From NCBI GenBank assembly GCA_963748015.1, contig CAVVHE010000008.1, forward strand, positions 64,001-128,000: DNA of 64,000 nucleotides. The letters are read 5' to 3'. The stretch is from Terriglobia bacterium. GTDB lineage: Bacteria > Acidobacteriota > Polarisedimenticolia > Polarisedimenticolales > JAIQFR01. How positions within the stretch are numbered: the first letter of the stretch is position 1; each line of letters opens with the position of its first letter. Made by a program: the position numbers and the translations under genes. This document shows, one piece after another, positions 8,663-17,718 of the stretch. A model generated the notes under the pieces. That model did no database searches. It was not told the origin of the DNA and was given only the letters and a program-made list of their open reading frames with translations.

Positions 8663-10207
8663 ATGCTCTGTCGCAGCGCGCGGGTTCTGCTCGGGTCGCT
8701 GGGCTTGGTCGTGGCGCTCTCCGCGTCGCCACCGGTTGCGGCGGCTGCGCCGGGGGAGCCTCGATGGTCCGCCGCCGCTGCGGGCGCCGCGTATCGTCTG
8801 GTCGAGGGCAGTTACCTCGTCGACGACTGCACGATCTGCGAGCGCCCCACGTTCCGGGTGCCGATTCACGGGTCGTTCCAGCTGATTCCCGGCGGTCAGG
8901 ACCCGCTGTTCGCCCGTTACACGGTCGGCGCGTTCCGCTTCGCGGGCGACCCCATGCCCAGGAGCTACGCCGGCTCGGGCCGCGGCAGCTATCGCCAGGG
9001 CGGCGAGGTCGCGATCGTCGAGGAGATGACCCTGACCCTGCGCATAGGAAATCGCACCGGGATCAGGATGTCGAGCGGCCTCGTTCCGCCGCAGGCCCGT
9101 CTTCCGTGGATCGAGATCGACCTCGTGGAGGAGCCGACCCCCGGCCGGATCCAGTTCTATCGACTGCACCTGGTGGCGGTGGCGTGGCCCGAGGTGTGGT
9201 TCTCGACCGATCTGCCGTTCGGCTCGACGCGCCGCGAGATCGGGCGGGTGAGCGACGGCGATCTGCTCTCCTCGAACGGCAGCGTGGCGCGACGCGGCGG
9301 TGCCCTCGCGGCAAGGCTCGGCATCATGCCGCCTCCGCCCGAGCTCGGGCTCGACGCGGTTCTGGTCCCCGGCTTGAAGGCGGAGCCCACGAGGGGCTCC
9401 GCGCGGCCGGAGATCTGGTTCTCCACGGACAAGGACGTGTGGAGCGAGTCGCTCGGCGAACTTCGTCACGGCGACCTCCTCTCCGACGCCGGACGGGTGG
9501 TGCGGCGGTTCGACGAGCTCGTTTTTCCTTTCTGCCCGCAGCCGCCGGTCACGGACTTCGGCCTCGACGCGGTCGCGCTGGCGCCCGAGGGAGGCCTGCT
9601 GTTCTCGGTCGAGCAGGGGTTCTTCTCCGAGTGCCTGGGTGTTGCGATCTCCCGCTCCGACCTCCTGGCCGAGGGCGGGAGCGTCTTCAAGCGGGGAGCG
9701 GATCTGCTCGCGAAGTTCCACGTCGAGCCGGGCGCGCCCGAGGACGTCGGTCTCGATGCCGCGCACGTGTTCCCGGACGGCGAGGTGTGGTTCTCGACCG
9801 ACACCGCGTTTCGCGACGAGCGCTACGGCGTCGTGGGCGAAGGGGACCTGCTGTCGGACACCGGGAGGATCGTGGCGCGCAACCGCGACCTGCTCGGCCC
9901 GTTCCGGCCGGTGGAGGACCTCGCCGACTTCGGCCTCGACGCCCTGCACGTCGTCTCGCCGCCGATGATCCGCGGCCTGTGCGGCACCATCGTGCGCGGC
10001 GTCGAGTGCCCGCTCTTCGCGGCCGACAACGGCAAGGCGTTCATCCTCTCCACCACGGGCGGCTTCAAGCCCGGCGACCGGGTCCAGGTCACGGGAGAGC
10101 TGCGGCGCGCCTGCGCGAGCTTCTGCATGCAGGGCGACGGCTGCATCGAGGTCGAGAGCATCGAGGCGTGCCCGGGAGCGTCGGGCGCGTTTTCGCGCCC
10201 GCACTGA
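8663..10207 (+). CDS. Secreted hypothetical protein with four ~60-aa internal repeats and a Cys-rich C-terminal domain
   Basis: RBS GGAGG and signal peptide. Repeats 'E[VI]WFSTD...GDLLS..G.V......D[FLV]GLDA' x4. C-terminal 'GLCGTIVRGVEC...GDRVQVTG...CASFCMQGDGC'. Confidence 0.75.
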   Translation: MLCRSARVLLGSLGLVVALSASPPVAAAAPGEPRWSAAAAGAAYRLVEGSYLVDDCTICERPTFRVPIHGSFQLIPGGQDPLFARYTVGAFRFAGDPMPRSYAGSGRGSYRQGGEVAIVEEMTLTLRIGNRTGIRMSSGLVPPQARLPWIEIDLVEEPTPGRIQFYRLHLVAVAWPEVWFSTDLPFGSTRREIGRVSDGDLLSSNGSVARRGGALAARLGIMPPPPELGLDAVLVPGLKAEPTRGSARPEIWFSTDKDVWSESLGELRHGDLLSDAGRVVRRFDELVFPFCPQPPVTDFGLDAVALAPEGGLLFSVEQGFFSECLGVAISRSDLLAEGGSVFKRGADLLAKFHVEPGAPEDVGLDAAHVFPDGEVWFSTDTAFRDERYGVVGEGDLLSDTGRIVARNRDLLGPFRPVEDLADFGLDALHVVSPPMIRGLCGTIVRGVECPLFAADNGKAFILSTTGGFKPGDRVQVTGELRRACASFCMQGDGCIEVESIEACPGASGAFSRPH

Positions 10208-10255
10208 GCGCCCTGGCGGCGATCGACGCCGCCCCGAATCGCGAAAGCTGAGCGG

Positions 10256-11689
10256 TCAGGCTGCGCGGGCGGTTCTCCGCCAGTACGCGTAGACGGGCAA
10301 GCCCAGCGCGACGAGGCCGAGGCCGAGCAGCGATTCGACCGGGCGCTCGGCCATCGTGTTCCCGAGGAGCAGCAAGGACGAGAGGATGAAGACCGCGGGC
10401 ACCCACGGGTAGCCCCACGTCCTGTAAGGTCTCTCCAGCGCGGGCCGGGTCCGCCGCAGCACGAAGACGGCGGTGCCCGCCGCGGCGTGGAACAGGACGC
10501 TGGCGAAGATCACGTACGTGTAGAGCTGCTCGTAGGAGCCCGAGAGGGCGAGCAGCGCCGACCACGCGCACTGCACCCACAAGCTCGGCCCGGGCGTGTG
10601 GTGGCGCGGGTGGATGCGCGCGACGGCGCGGAAGAACAGCCGGTCCTCGGCCATCGGCAGGTAGATGCGGGCGCTGTAGAGGATCGTCGCCGCGAGACAG
10701 CCGAAGGTCGAGACGACGATCGCGGCGGCGAGCCAGCGCGACGCCTGCCCGCCGAAGAGCGCCGCCGCCGCCCCCTCGCCGATGCGCGCGGTGCCGCCCA
10801 TCGCGCCGACGGGAATCGCGCGCAGGTAGGCGACGTTCACCAACGCGTACATCGCGGACGTCGTGACGACGCCGGTGATCAGTCCAACGGGCAGCGATCG
10901 CCCCGGGTCCTTCAGCTCGCCGGCGGAGAACGTGAGCCCGTACCACCCGTCGTAGGTCCACAACGCCGCGATCATGCCGACGCCGAAGGCGGCGAGGAGC
11001 CCGCCGGGCAGCGGCGGCAGCGGCGCCGTCCAGTCCACGGCGACGGGTGCCGTGACCAGGAACCCTCCGGCGACGAAGATCGCGACGGCTCCCACCTTCA
11101 GTAGCGTCATCAGGTTCTGCACGCCGGCGCCCTGCCGGAGTCCCACGTAGTTGACCCAGGTGAGGACGACGATCGCCAGCACCGCGGCGAGCTGGCTCCC
11201 GTCGACCCGCCACGCCCACGAGCCGAGCGGGAGCGACCAGAGCTCGTGGCGCGTCGAGAAGAAGGGGAGGAAGGTCCCCAGGTAGTCGCCGAAGCCGACG
11301 GCGATCGCGGCGATTCCTCCCGACATGATGACGAAGAACGCGGTCCAGCCGTAGAGGAAGCCGGTGAGGGGGCCGTAGGCCTCGCGCAGGAAGACGTAGA
11401 GGCCCCCGGCTTCCGGGTACATCGCGCCCATCTCGGCGTAGGTGAGCGCTCCCGCGAGCGTGAGCAGGCCGCCGACGATCCAAACGGCGAGGATCCACGA
11501 CGGGTGCGGGAGCGCTCGGGCGATGTCCGACGTCGTCAGGAAGATCCCGCTGCCGACGATCGAGCCGATCGTGATGAGCGCGCCGTCGAGGGTGCCGAGA
11601 CGGCGCTCGAGCCGCGGGCGCGCGCCGTCTCCCGTCGAGGGCGCGACGCCTGTCCGCGGCGGTGCGGCCGGAGCCGCAGGTTCGTTCAT
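10256..11689 (-). CDS. APC-superfamily amino acid permease
   Basis: 'IGSIVGSGIF', 'LTYAEMGAMYPEAGGLYVFLREAYG', 'LWTYDGW', 'RPYRTWGYPWVP'. About 12 TM segments. Confidence 0.92.
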   Translation of the reverse strand: MNEPAAPAAPPRTGVAPSTGDGARPRLERRLGTLDGALITIGSIVGSGIFLTTSDIARALPHPSWILAVWIVGGLLTLAGALTYAEMGAMYPEAGGLYVFLREAYGPLTGFLYGWTAFFVIMSGGIAAIAVGFGDYLGTFLPFFSTRHELWSLPLGSWAWRVDGSQLAAVLAIVVLTWVNYVGLRQGAGVQNLMTLLKVGAVAIFVAGGFLVTAPVAVDWTAPLPPLPGGLLAAFGVGMIAALWTYDGWYGLTFSAGELKDPGRSLPVGLITGVVTTSAMYALVNVAYLRAIPVGAMGGTARIGEGAAAALFGGQASRWLAAAIVVSTFGCLAATILYSARIYLPMAEDRLFFRAVARIHPRHHTPGPSLWVQCAWSALLALSGSYEQLYTYVIFASVLFHAAAGTAVFVLRRTRPALERPYRTWGYPWVPAVFILSSLLLLGNTMAERPVESLLGLGLVALGLPVYAYWRRTARAA

Positions 11690-11905
11690 GGCAGGCACCT
11701 CGCGTCGTGCCGGGCACGATGGCCGCGAAGGATATTCCGGCGGCACGCGCGGGGCAATCGGGAGATTCGCGAGCCGGAAACGGCGAACCGCCGCCGGGCA
11801 CTCCATTCCGTGGCATGCTCGCGATTGACGGGGACTTGTTTCCCGCTGTCTCCGGCACCAAGTTCTACCGGGGCCGTGGTGCGCCCGCGACCGGCGGAGG
11901 ACTCC

Positions 11906-13426
11906 ATGTTCGAAGCCGCCGAACTCGGACGCAGGATCAGCAAGGACGACTACCGGAAGCAGGTGCCGGAGCTCCGGGAGGAGCTCCTCGCCCTCCAGGT
12001 GCGCCTTCGGGACGCCTCGTTTCCCGTGATCATCCTGTTCGCCGGGGTGGACGGGGCGGGCAAGGGGGAGACGGTCAACCTCCTCAACGAGTGGATGGAC
12101 CCTCGCTGGACGGTGACGCGCGCCTTCGGCGCGCCGTCCGACGAGGAGAGCGAGCGCCCCGAGTACTGGCGGTTCTGGCGCGCCCTCCCGTCGCGGGGGC
12201 GCATCGCGATGTTCCTCAGCAGCTGGTACTCCCAGCCCTTGCTCGAGCGCGTCAACCGCGAGCTCGACGCCGACGCCTTCGAGGAGCGCCTGAGCCGCAT
12301 CGTCGAGTTCGAGCAGACGCTCGTGGACGACGGCGCGCTCGTCCTGAAGTTCTGGATGCACCTCGGCAAGAAGGCGCAGCGCAAGCGTCTCGAGACGCTC
12401 GAGAAGGGCAAGCTCACCCGCTGGCGCGTCACCAAGCGGGAGTGGAAGAACTGGCGGATGTACGACCGGTTCATCGCGGCCACGGAGAGGACGATCCGGC
12501 GGACGAGCCGGGGCAACGCTCCGTGGATGATCGTCGAGGGGGAAGACCCGAGCTACCGCGAGCTGACGGTGGGGTTCGCCATTCGCGACGCCGTGCGGCG
12601 CCGCCTGGATGACGACAAGGGCCGGAAGGCTGGCCCGAACGGCGGGCAGAGCGCGTCGGCGGCGGCGCTGCGCGCCGCGGAGGACCTCTCGACCCGCCTC
12701 GCCAAGGGCGCGCCGTCGATCCTCTCGAGCCTCGACATGACCCGGAAGGTGCCCAAGGAGAGCGTCGTCACCGAGATCGAGAAGTGGCAGGGGAGGCTCA
12801 ACCTGGCGCAGCGGAAGGCCGCCGCGCAGGGGATCTCGACCGTTCTCCTCTTCGAGGGATCGGATGCCGCGGGGAAGGGAGGCGCGATCCGGCGCGTCGT
12901 CGGAGCGCTCGACGCGCGCGACGTCCAGGTCATCCCGATCGCGGCCCCGACCGACGAGGAGCGGGCGCATCACTACCTCTGGCGTTTCTGGCGCCACCTC
13001 TCCCGGTCCGGCCGCGTCTCGGTCTTCGACCGTTCGTGGTACGGGCGGGTGCTCGTCGAGCGCGTCGAGGGGTTCGCCACCGAGCAGGAGTGGATGCGCG
13101 CCTACGCCGAGATCAACCAGTTCGAGGACCAGCTCGTGCGCCACGGGATCGCGCTCGCGAAGTTCTGGCTGCACGTCACCCCCGACGAGCAGCTCCGCCG
13201 GTTCAAGGACCGGCAGAAGACCCCGCACAAGCGCTGGAAGATCACCGACGAGGACTGGCGCAACCGCAAGAAGTGGCCGGACTACGAGCGGGCGGTCAAC
13301 GACATGGTCGCGCGCACCAGCACGCGGGTCGCCCCGTGGACCCTCGTCGAGGCGAACGACAAGGGGTTCGCGCGGATCAAGGTCCTGCGCACCGCCTGCG
13401 AGCGCATCGAGGAAGCGCTCGGATAA
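11906..13426 (+). CDS. pap: Polyphosphate:AMP phosphotransferase (two-domain PPK2)
   Basis: Starts 'MFEAAELG'. Two PPK2 domains with Walker A-like 'GVDGAGKG' and 'GSDAAGKGG', plus 'FDRSWYGRVLVERVEG'. Confidence 0.92.
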   Translation: MFEAAELGRRISKDDYRKQVPELREELLALQVRLRDASFPVIILFAGVDGAGKGETVNLLNEWMDPRWTVTRAFGAPSDEESERPEYWRFWRALPSRGRIAMFLSSWYSQPLLERVNRELDADAFEERLSRIVEFEQTLVDDGALVLKFWMHLGKKAQRKRLETLEKGKLTRWRVTKREWKNWRMYDRFIAATERTIRRTSRGNAPWMIVEGEDPSYRELTVGFAIRDAVRRRLDDDKGRKAGPNGGQSASAAALRAAEDLSTRLAKGAPSILSSLDMTRKVPKESVVTEIEKWQGRLNLAQRKAAAQGISTVLLFEGSDAAGKGGAIRRVVGALDARDVQVIPIAAPTDEERAHHYLWRFWRHLSRSGRVSVFDRSWYGRVLVERVEGFATEQEWMRAYAEINQFEDQLVRHGIALAKFWLHVTPDEQLRRFKDRQKTPHKRWKITDEDWRNRKKWPDYERAVNDMVARTSTRVAPWTLVEANDKGFARIKVLRTACERIEEALG

Positions 13427-13443
13427 CGCCGGGCCGCCTCGCC

Positions 13444-13599
13444 GGAAGTCCGCATCCGGGCTCGCCCTCCGCGGCCCTCTCTTCGCGAGGCCGTCTCTTC
13501 CTCGGACGGCCGAGCGAAGAGCGGAGCGAGGCGGCGCGGCGAACTACGCCGCGCAACGCCGAAGCGTGCCGCGGAGGGCGAGCCCGGATGCGGACTTCC
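13444..13599. repeat. Palindromic intergenic element, family A, copy 1
   Basis: Perfect 32-bp inverted arms (13444-13475 / 13568-13599) enclose two hairpins. The core is homologous to those at 55845-55992 and 61933-62102. Confidence 0.85.
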
Positions 13600-13647
13600 C
13601 GCCCCCAAGCGCCAGCAGCGTGAGGTATCGAGGGGAACCTCGATGGC

Positions 13648-14199
13648 CTACTTCTTGAACTCGACGGTGAGCGGCTGCCCGAGGAGGCGCTCCATGGCGA
13701 GCGGCCACCCGCCGACGGGCTTGAGCGCGGAGAGCGCCTCCTCCGGCGTCTTGCCGAGGTACTTCACCGCGTAGGCCGCGTACAGTTGCCCGGCGCGCCC
13801 GCCGGACGTGCAGTGCAGGACGACGGTCCCCTTGGCCTCCTCGACGCGCTTCGCGAACGCCTCGAGCAGCGCCGGGGTGTAGGCCGGCGCGCCGTCCACC
13901 GGGAGGTTGAGGTAGGCGATCTCGAGCCGGTCCGCGAGCGCCACCTCGTCGAAATCCACTCCCTTCATCTCGTCGGCGGTGCGCAGGTTGACGATGTCGG
14001 TCACCCCCCGCGCCTTGAACGTGTCGAGGTCGGCCTTCGTCGGCTGCCCGCCGACGAGGAGCTTGCCCTCCTCGATCTTCTTGTCGAAGAAGCTCGGCGG
14101 CGGCGTGGCCGCGGCGGGGGCCGTCTTGGGAGTCGACTTCGCCGCGCACCCCGCCGCGAGCGCGCACGCCAGGACGATCAGGATCGCTTTCCGTGTCAT
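13648..14199 (-). CDS. Lipoprotein with DUF442/PTP-like (Blh-type sulfurtransferase/phosphatase) domain
   Basis: Lipobox 'LAAGC', 'GGQPT', 'IVNLRTADE', active-site loop 'LHCTSGGRA'. Confidence 0.78.
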   Translation of the reverse strand: MTRKAILIVLACALAAGCAAKSTPKTAPAAATPPPSFFDKKIEEGKLLVGGQPTKADLDTFKARGVTDIVNLRTADEMKGVDFDEVALADRLEIAYLNLPVDGAPAYTPALLEAFAKRVEEAKGTVVLHCTSGGRAGQLYAAYAVKYLGKTPEEALSALKPVGGWPLAMERLLGQPLTVEFKK

Positions 14200-14212
14200 C
14201 GCGAGCCTCCCC

Positions 14213-17200
14213 TCACTTCCGGACGCGAACCGGATAGGGCGGACGAACCGCCTTCTTCGGCGGGTTGGCCTTGAGCTCGGCCAGGACCACCTCGATCGCC
14301 TTCTCGAGCTGCGGGTCGTGTCCCGCGATCACGTCGGCGGGCGTCTGCTCGACCTCGATGTCGGGCGGAACGCCCTCGTTCTCGACCACGAAGCCGTCCT
14401 CGGTCCAGATCGCGAGGTTCGGCGCCGTGATGCTCCCCCCGTCCAGCAGCTCGGGGAAGCCGAGGATGCCGACGAGACCGCCCCAGGTGCGCTTTCCGAT
14501 CAGCTTGCCGATCCCGAGCTTGCGGAACATCCACGGGAGGAGGTCGCCGCCCGAGCCCGCGTTCTCGTCGATCAGCATCACCTTCGGTCCCGCGATCGCG
14601 GCGAGCGGCGTCTTGAGGTCGGCGCCGTAGCGCATCGCCCAGTGCGTGACCTCGGGCCGCCGCAGGATGTCGATGTAGTAGTCGGCGACCTGCCCGCCGC
14701 CGTTGTACCGCTCGTCCACGATGATCGCGTCCTTGTCGGCCTGCGGGAAGAAGTAGCGCTTGAAGTACGTGTGGCCCATGGTCGAGGTGTTCGGCACGTA
14801 AACGTAGGCCACGCGGCCGCCGGTCGCGTCGTGGACCTTCTTGATGTTCCCCTCGACCCAGTCGCGGTTGCGCAGCGCCCCCTCCTCCTCGACCGGCACG
14901 ACCTTCACGGTGCGCGATCCGGTGCCGGCGGGATCCGGCCCGACCGTCAGCTCGACGATGCGCCCGGCGGTGTTCTCGAAGCGCGAGTAGAGGTTCTCGG
15001 GCGGCTTGACGTCCCGCCCCTCGACGGCGAGGAGATACTCGCCGGCCTTGACGTTGACTCCCGGCTCGGTCAGCGGCGCGCGAAGCTCGGGGTTCCAGTT
15101 GAGGCCGCCGTAAACCTTGGCGAAGCGGTAGCGGCCGTTCTCGACGGCGTAGTCCGCGCCGAGCAGGCCGCCCTTGATCTTGACGGGGTCCTCGGGCATG
15201 TCGCCCCCGCCGACGCGGTGGTGCCCCACGGCCAGCTCGGAGCACATCCACTGGATCAGCCGGTTGAGGTCGGAGCGGCTCGCGAGATCGGGGAGGAACG
15301 GCTCGTACTTCGCGCGCATCGCCTTCCAGTCGGCGCCGTGGAAGTTGGGGTCGTAGAAGTAGTCGCGGTTGATCCGCCACGCCTCGGCGAACATCTCCGC
15401 CCACTCCTGGCGCGGCTCGACCTTGACCGAGATGGCCTCCACGTCGAGGTTTCCCTTGCCGGGCTCGACCTTTCCCTTCGTCTCGACGATGCGCCAGGTC
15501 TCCTTCTGCTGCAGCAGCGCCTTGACGCCGTCCTTCGCGAGGGCGTAGGCGTCCACCTTGTCCACGAGGACGGTCTCCTCGCGCTTCTCGAGGTCGTAGC
15601 GGCAGAGGGTCGCGGACGGCTCGCGGTTGAAGCGGCTGACGCCGCCGTCGCGCTTCAGGTAGTAGAGCTGGCCCGCGGTCCCCGCCTGGAGCTCGGCGTA
15701 GAACGCCGGCTTCGTCGGCAGCGGCACGATGCGCTGCGCGATTCCCTCGAGATCGATCTGCACCTTGACCGGGGCCTTCGCCTTGTCCTTCTCCTTGTCG
15801 GCGCCTTCCTTCGCCTCGCTCTTCTTCTCGTCCTTCGCGTCGGGCTTGGCGTCCGCCTTCGCTTCCGGCTTGGCGTCCTTCTTCGCGTCCCCCTTCTCCT
15901 CGTCCGAGGGCTTCGCGAGCGGCGACACCTCGGTGCGGGAGAGCACGACGAGGTAGAGCGCGTTGGTCATCGCGGCGTCGTTGTTCCACATCGAGAACCA
16001 GTCGCGAACGGGACCGGCGTCCGTCGAGGAGGTGAGGAACAGGTACTTGCCCGAGGCGTCGAAGACCGCCTCCCCGACGTCGGAGAGGCCGTCGGACAGA
16101 GGATAGGAGCGGTCCTCGTCCACCGAGTACAGGTGGACCTGGGCGAAGTAGCTCGGCGTGACCCGGGTGTAGGCGATCCACTTCGAGTCCGGGGACCACG
16201 CATAGTTCGGCTGGCTGGACGGACCGTAGAGCGGGTCGGTCGAGATCTTCTTCGCCTTGCCGGTCTCGAGGTCGATCCACCAGATCGTTCTCGAGTTGTC
16301 CTGGAACGCGATTCGCTTCGAATCCGGCGACCACTTCGGGTCGCTGTAGAAGCCGGAGCCGGAGATCGGGAGCTCCTTGCGCTCGCCCTTGCCATCCTGC
16401 GGGACGACGTGCAGGACGTACTCGCCGGACCGGTCGGAGAAGAACGCGATGCGCGAGCCGTCGGGCGCCCAGGCCGGCGAGCGCTCGTTGACCCCGGGGG
16501 TGAGGGTGAGGTTGCGCGGGTCGCCCTTCTCGCCGGGCACGGTCACGATCTCCCCGCGGAACTCGAACGCGGCGCGCGCCCCGGAAGGAGAAATCGCCGC
16601 GTTGCGCACCCACTTGGCTCCCTTGGCCCAGCGCGAGCGCGTCTCGGCCAGGTCCGCGGCCACGCCGATCTTGAGGCGGCGCGACTTCCCCGCCGCCGGG
16701 TCGAACAAGTGGAGGTAGCCGGACTGCTCGAAGACGATCTTCCCCGCTCCCGCGGAGGCCGCGAGGATCGGGAAGTCGGAATTGCCGGCGAGCCGCGAGA
16801 CCTTCTTGGACGCGGCATCGTACGCGTAGAGCCCGAACTCGCCGTCGCGATCGGAGAGGAAGTGGACCTTTCCGCCGATCCACATCGGATCGGTGTCGTT
16901 GCAGCGCCCCGCGGGCTGGGGGATCTGCTCGACGGCGCTCGTCTTGACGTCGAAGATAAGGATCCGCGACGCCGTTCCGCCACGGTAGTTCTTCCACTGG
17001 CGGAAGGCCTCCGATAGCGGGACGTAGGCGATGCGCGAGCCGTCGGGGGAGATCGCGGCCTTGGTGGCGTTGGGGATGGGCAGCTTCTCCTCGAGCCCGC
17101 CGTCCACCGGGACCGTCCACAGCTGGACCAGGCGGCCGGTGTGGGAGGCCCGCGCGGAGGTGAACAGCACGCTCTTGCCGTCGGCGGTGAACCCCTGGAC

Positions 17201-17551
17201 GAGGTCGGGGCCCGGATGCCAGGTGAGCCGCCGCGGCACGCCTCCCGCCGCGGGAACGGCGTAGACGTCGACGTTCCCCTCGTACTGCGCGGAGAAGGCC
17301 AGCCACTTGCCGTCGGGAGAGAAGCGCGGGCGCGTCTCCTCGCCCACGTGCGCGGTCAGCCGGCGCGCCCCGCCGCCGTCGGCCGGGGCGACCCAGACGG
17401 CGCCTGCGTAGACGAAGGCGACCGCCGAGTCGCTGATCGCCGGTTGCGCCAGCATCCGCGTGTCGGCGGTATCCACCGCCCACGCCGCGACCGCGAGCGT
17501 CGCGACCGCCAGCACCGTCAGTGCTCTCCCGATTCTCTTCGCGCTGCGCAT
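14213..17551 (-). CDS. Tricorn protease homolog (peptidase S41, PD40 + PDZ)
   Basis: Signal peptide and PD40 repeats. 'FAEAWRINRDYFYDPNFHGADW', 'IIVDERYNGGG', catalytic 'AGSGGD', 'GKRTWGG', 'DPQLEKAI'. Confidence 0.93.
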   Translation of the reverse strand: MRSAKRIGRALTVLAVATLAVAAWAVDTADTRMLAQPAISDSAVAFVYAGAVWVAPADGGGARRLTAHVGEETRPRFSPDGKWLAFSAQYEGNVDVYAVPAAGGVPRRLTWHPGPDLVQGFTADGKSVLFTSARASHTGRLVQLWTVPVDGGLEEKLPIPNATKAAISPDGSRIAYVPLSEAFRQWKNYRGGTASRILIFDVKTSAVEQIPQPAGRCNDTDPMWIGGKVHFLSDRDGEFGLYAYDAASKKVSRLAGNSDFPILAASAGAGKIVFEQSGYLHLFDPAAGKSRRLKIGVAADLAETRSRWAKGAKWVRNAAISPSGARAAFEFRGEIVTVPGEKGDPRNLTLTPGVNERSPAWAPDGSRIAFFSDRSGEYVLHVVPQDGKGERKELPISGSGFYSDPKWSPDSKRIAFQDNSRTIWWIDLETGKAKKISTDPLYGPSSQPNYAWSPDSKWIAYTRVTPSYFAQVHLYSVDEDRSYPLSDGLSDVGEAVFDASGKYLFLTSSTDAGPVRDWFSMWNNDAAMTNALYLVVLSRTEVSPLAKPSDEEKGDAKKDAKPEAKADAKPDAKDEKKSEAKEGADKEKDKAKAPVKVQIDLEGIAQRIVPLPTKPAFYAELQAGTAGQLYYLKRDGGVSRFNREPSATLCRYDLEKREETVLVDKVDAYALAKDGVKALLQQKETWRIVETKGKVEPGKGNLDVEAISVKVEPRQEWAEMFAEAWRINRDYFYDPNFHGADWKAMRAKYEPFLPDLASRSDLNRLIQWMCSELAVGHHRVGGGDMPEDPVKIKGGLLGADYAVENGRYRFAKVYGGLNWNPELRAPLTEPGVNVKAGEYLLAVEGRDVKPPENLYSRFENTAGRIVELTVGPDPAGTGSRTVKVVPVEEEGALRNRDWVEGNIKKVHDATGGRVAYVYVPNTSTMGHTYFKRYFFPQADKDAIIVDERYNGGGQVADYYIDILRRPEVTHWAMRYGADLKTPLAAIAGPKVMLIDENAGSGGDLLPWMFRKLGIGKLIGKRTWGGLVGILGFPELLDGGSITAPNLAIWTEDGFVVENEGVPPDIEVEQTPADVIAGHDPQLEKAIEVVLAELKANPPKKAVRPPYPVRVRK

Positions 17552-17658
17552 GCCTGTCTCCTTCGACCCTGCAGGAATCAGACGGCCGGGCCGGGGCCTG
17601 TCCGAGGGAGGCGAGAATACACGACGAGAGGCCGTTCGACACCAGCCGGCGCGTGGGC

Positions 17659-17703
17659 AAAAGAAAAGGGCGGCGACCGCGATCGCGGTCGCCGCCCTTT
17701 CTT
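17659..17703 (-). terminator. Intrinsic terminator (possibly bidirectional)
   Basis: Perfect palindrome AAAGGGCGGCGACCGCGA|TCGCGGTCGCCGCCCTTT. On the minus strand the stem is followed by TTTTCTTTT, just after the stop at 17719. Confidence 0.8.
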
Positions 17704-17718
17704 GGTCGATGAAGCGGG

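Noticed and set aside
13979..17017. Many very long overlapping or antisense ORFs (e.g. 13979-17017 +, 59334-62270 -, 35664-38486 +)
   Set aside because: These are Arg/Gly/Pro/Ala-rich shadow frames expected at ~70% GC, opposite well-supported genes, with no recognisable motifs.
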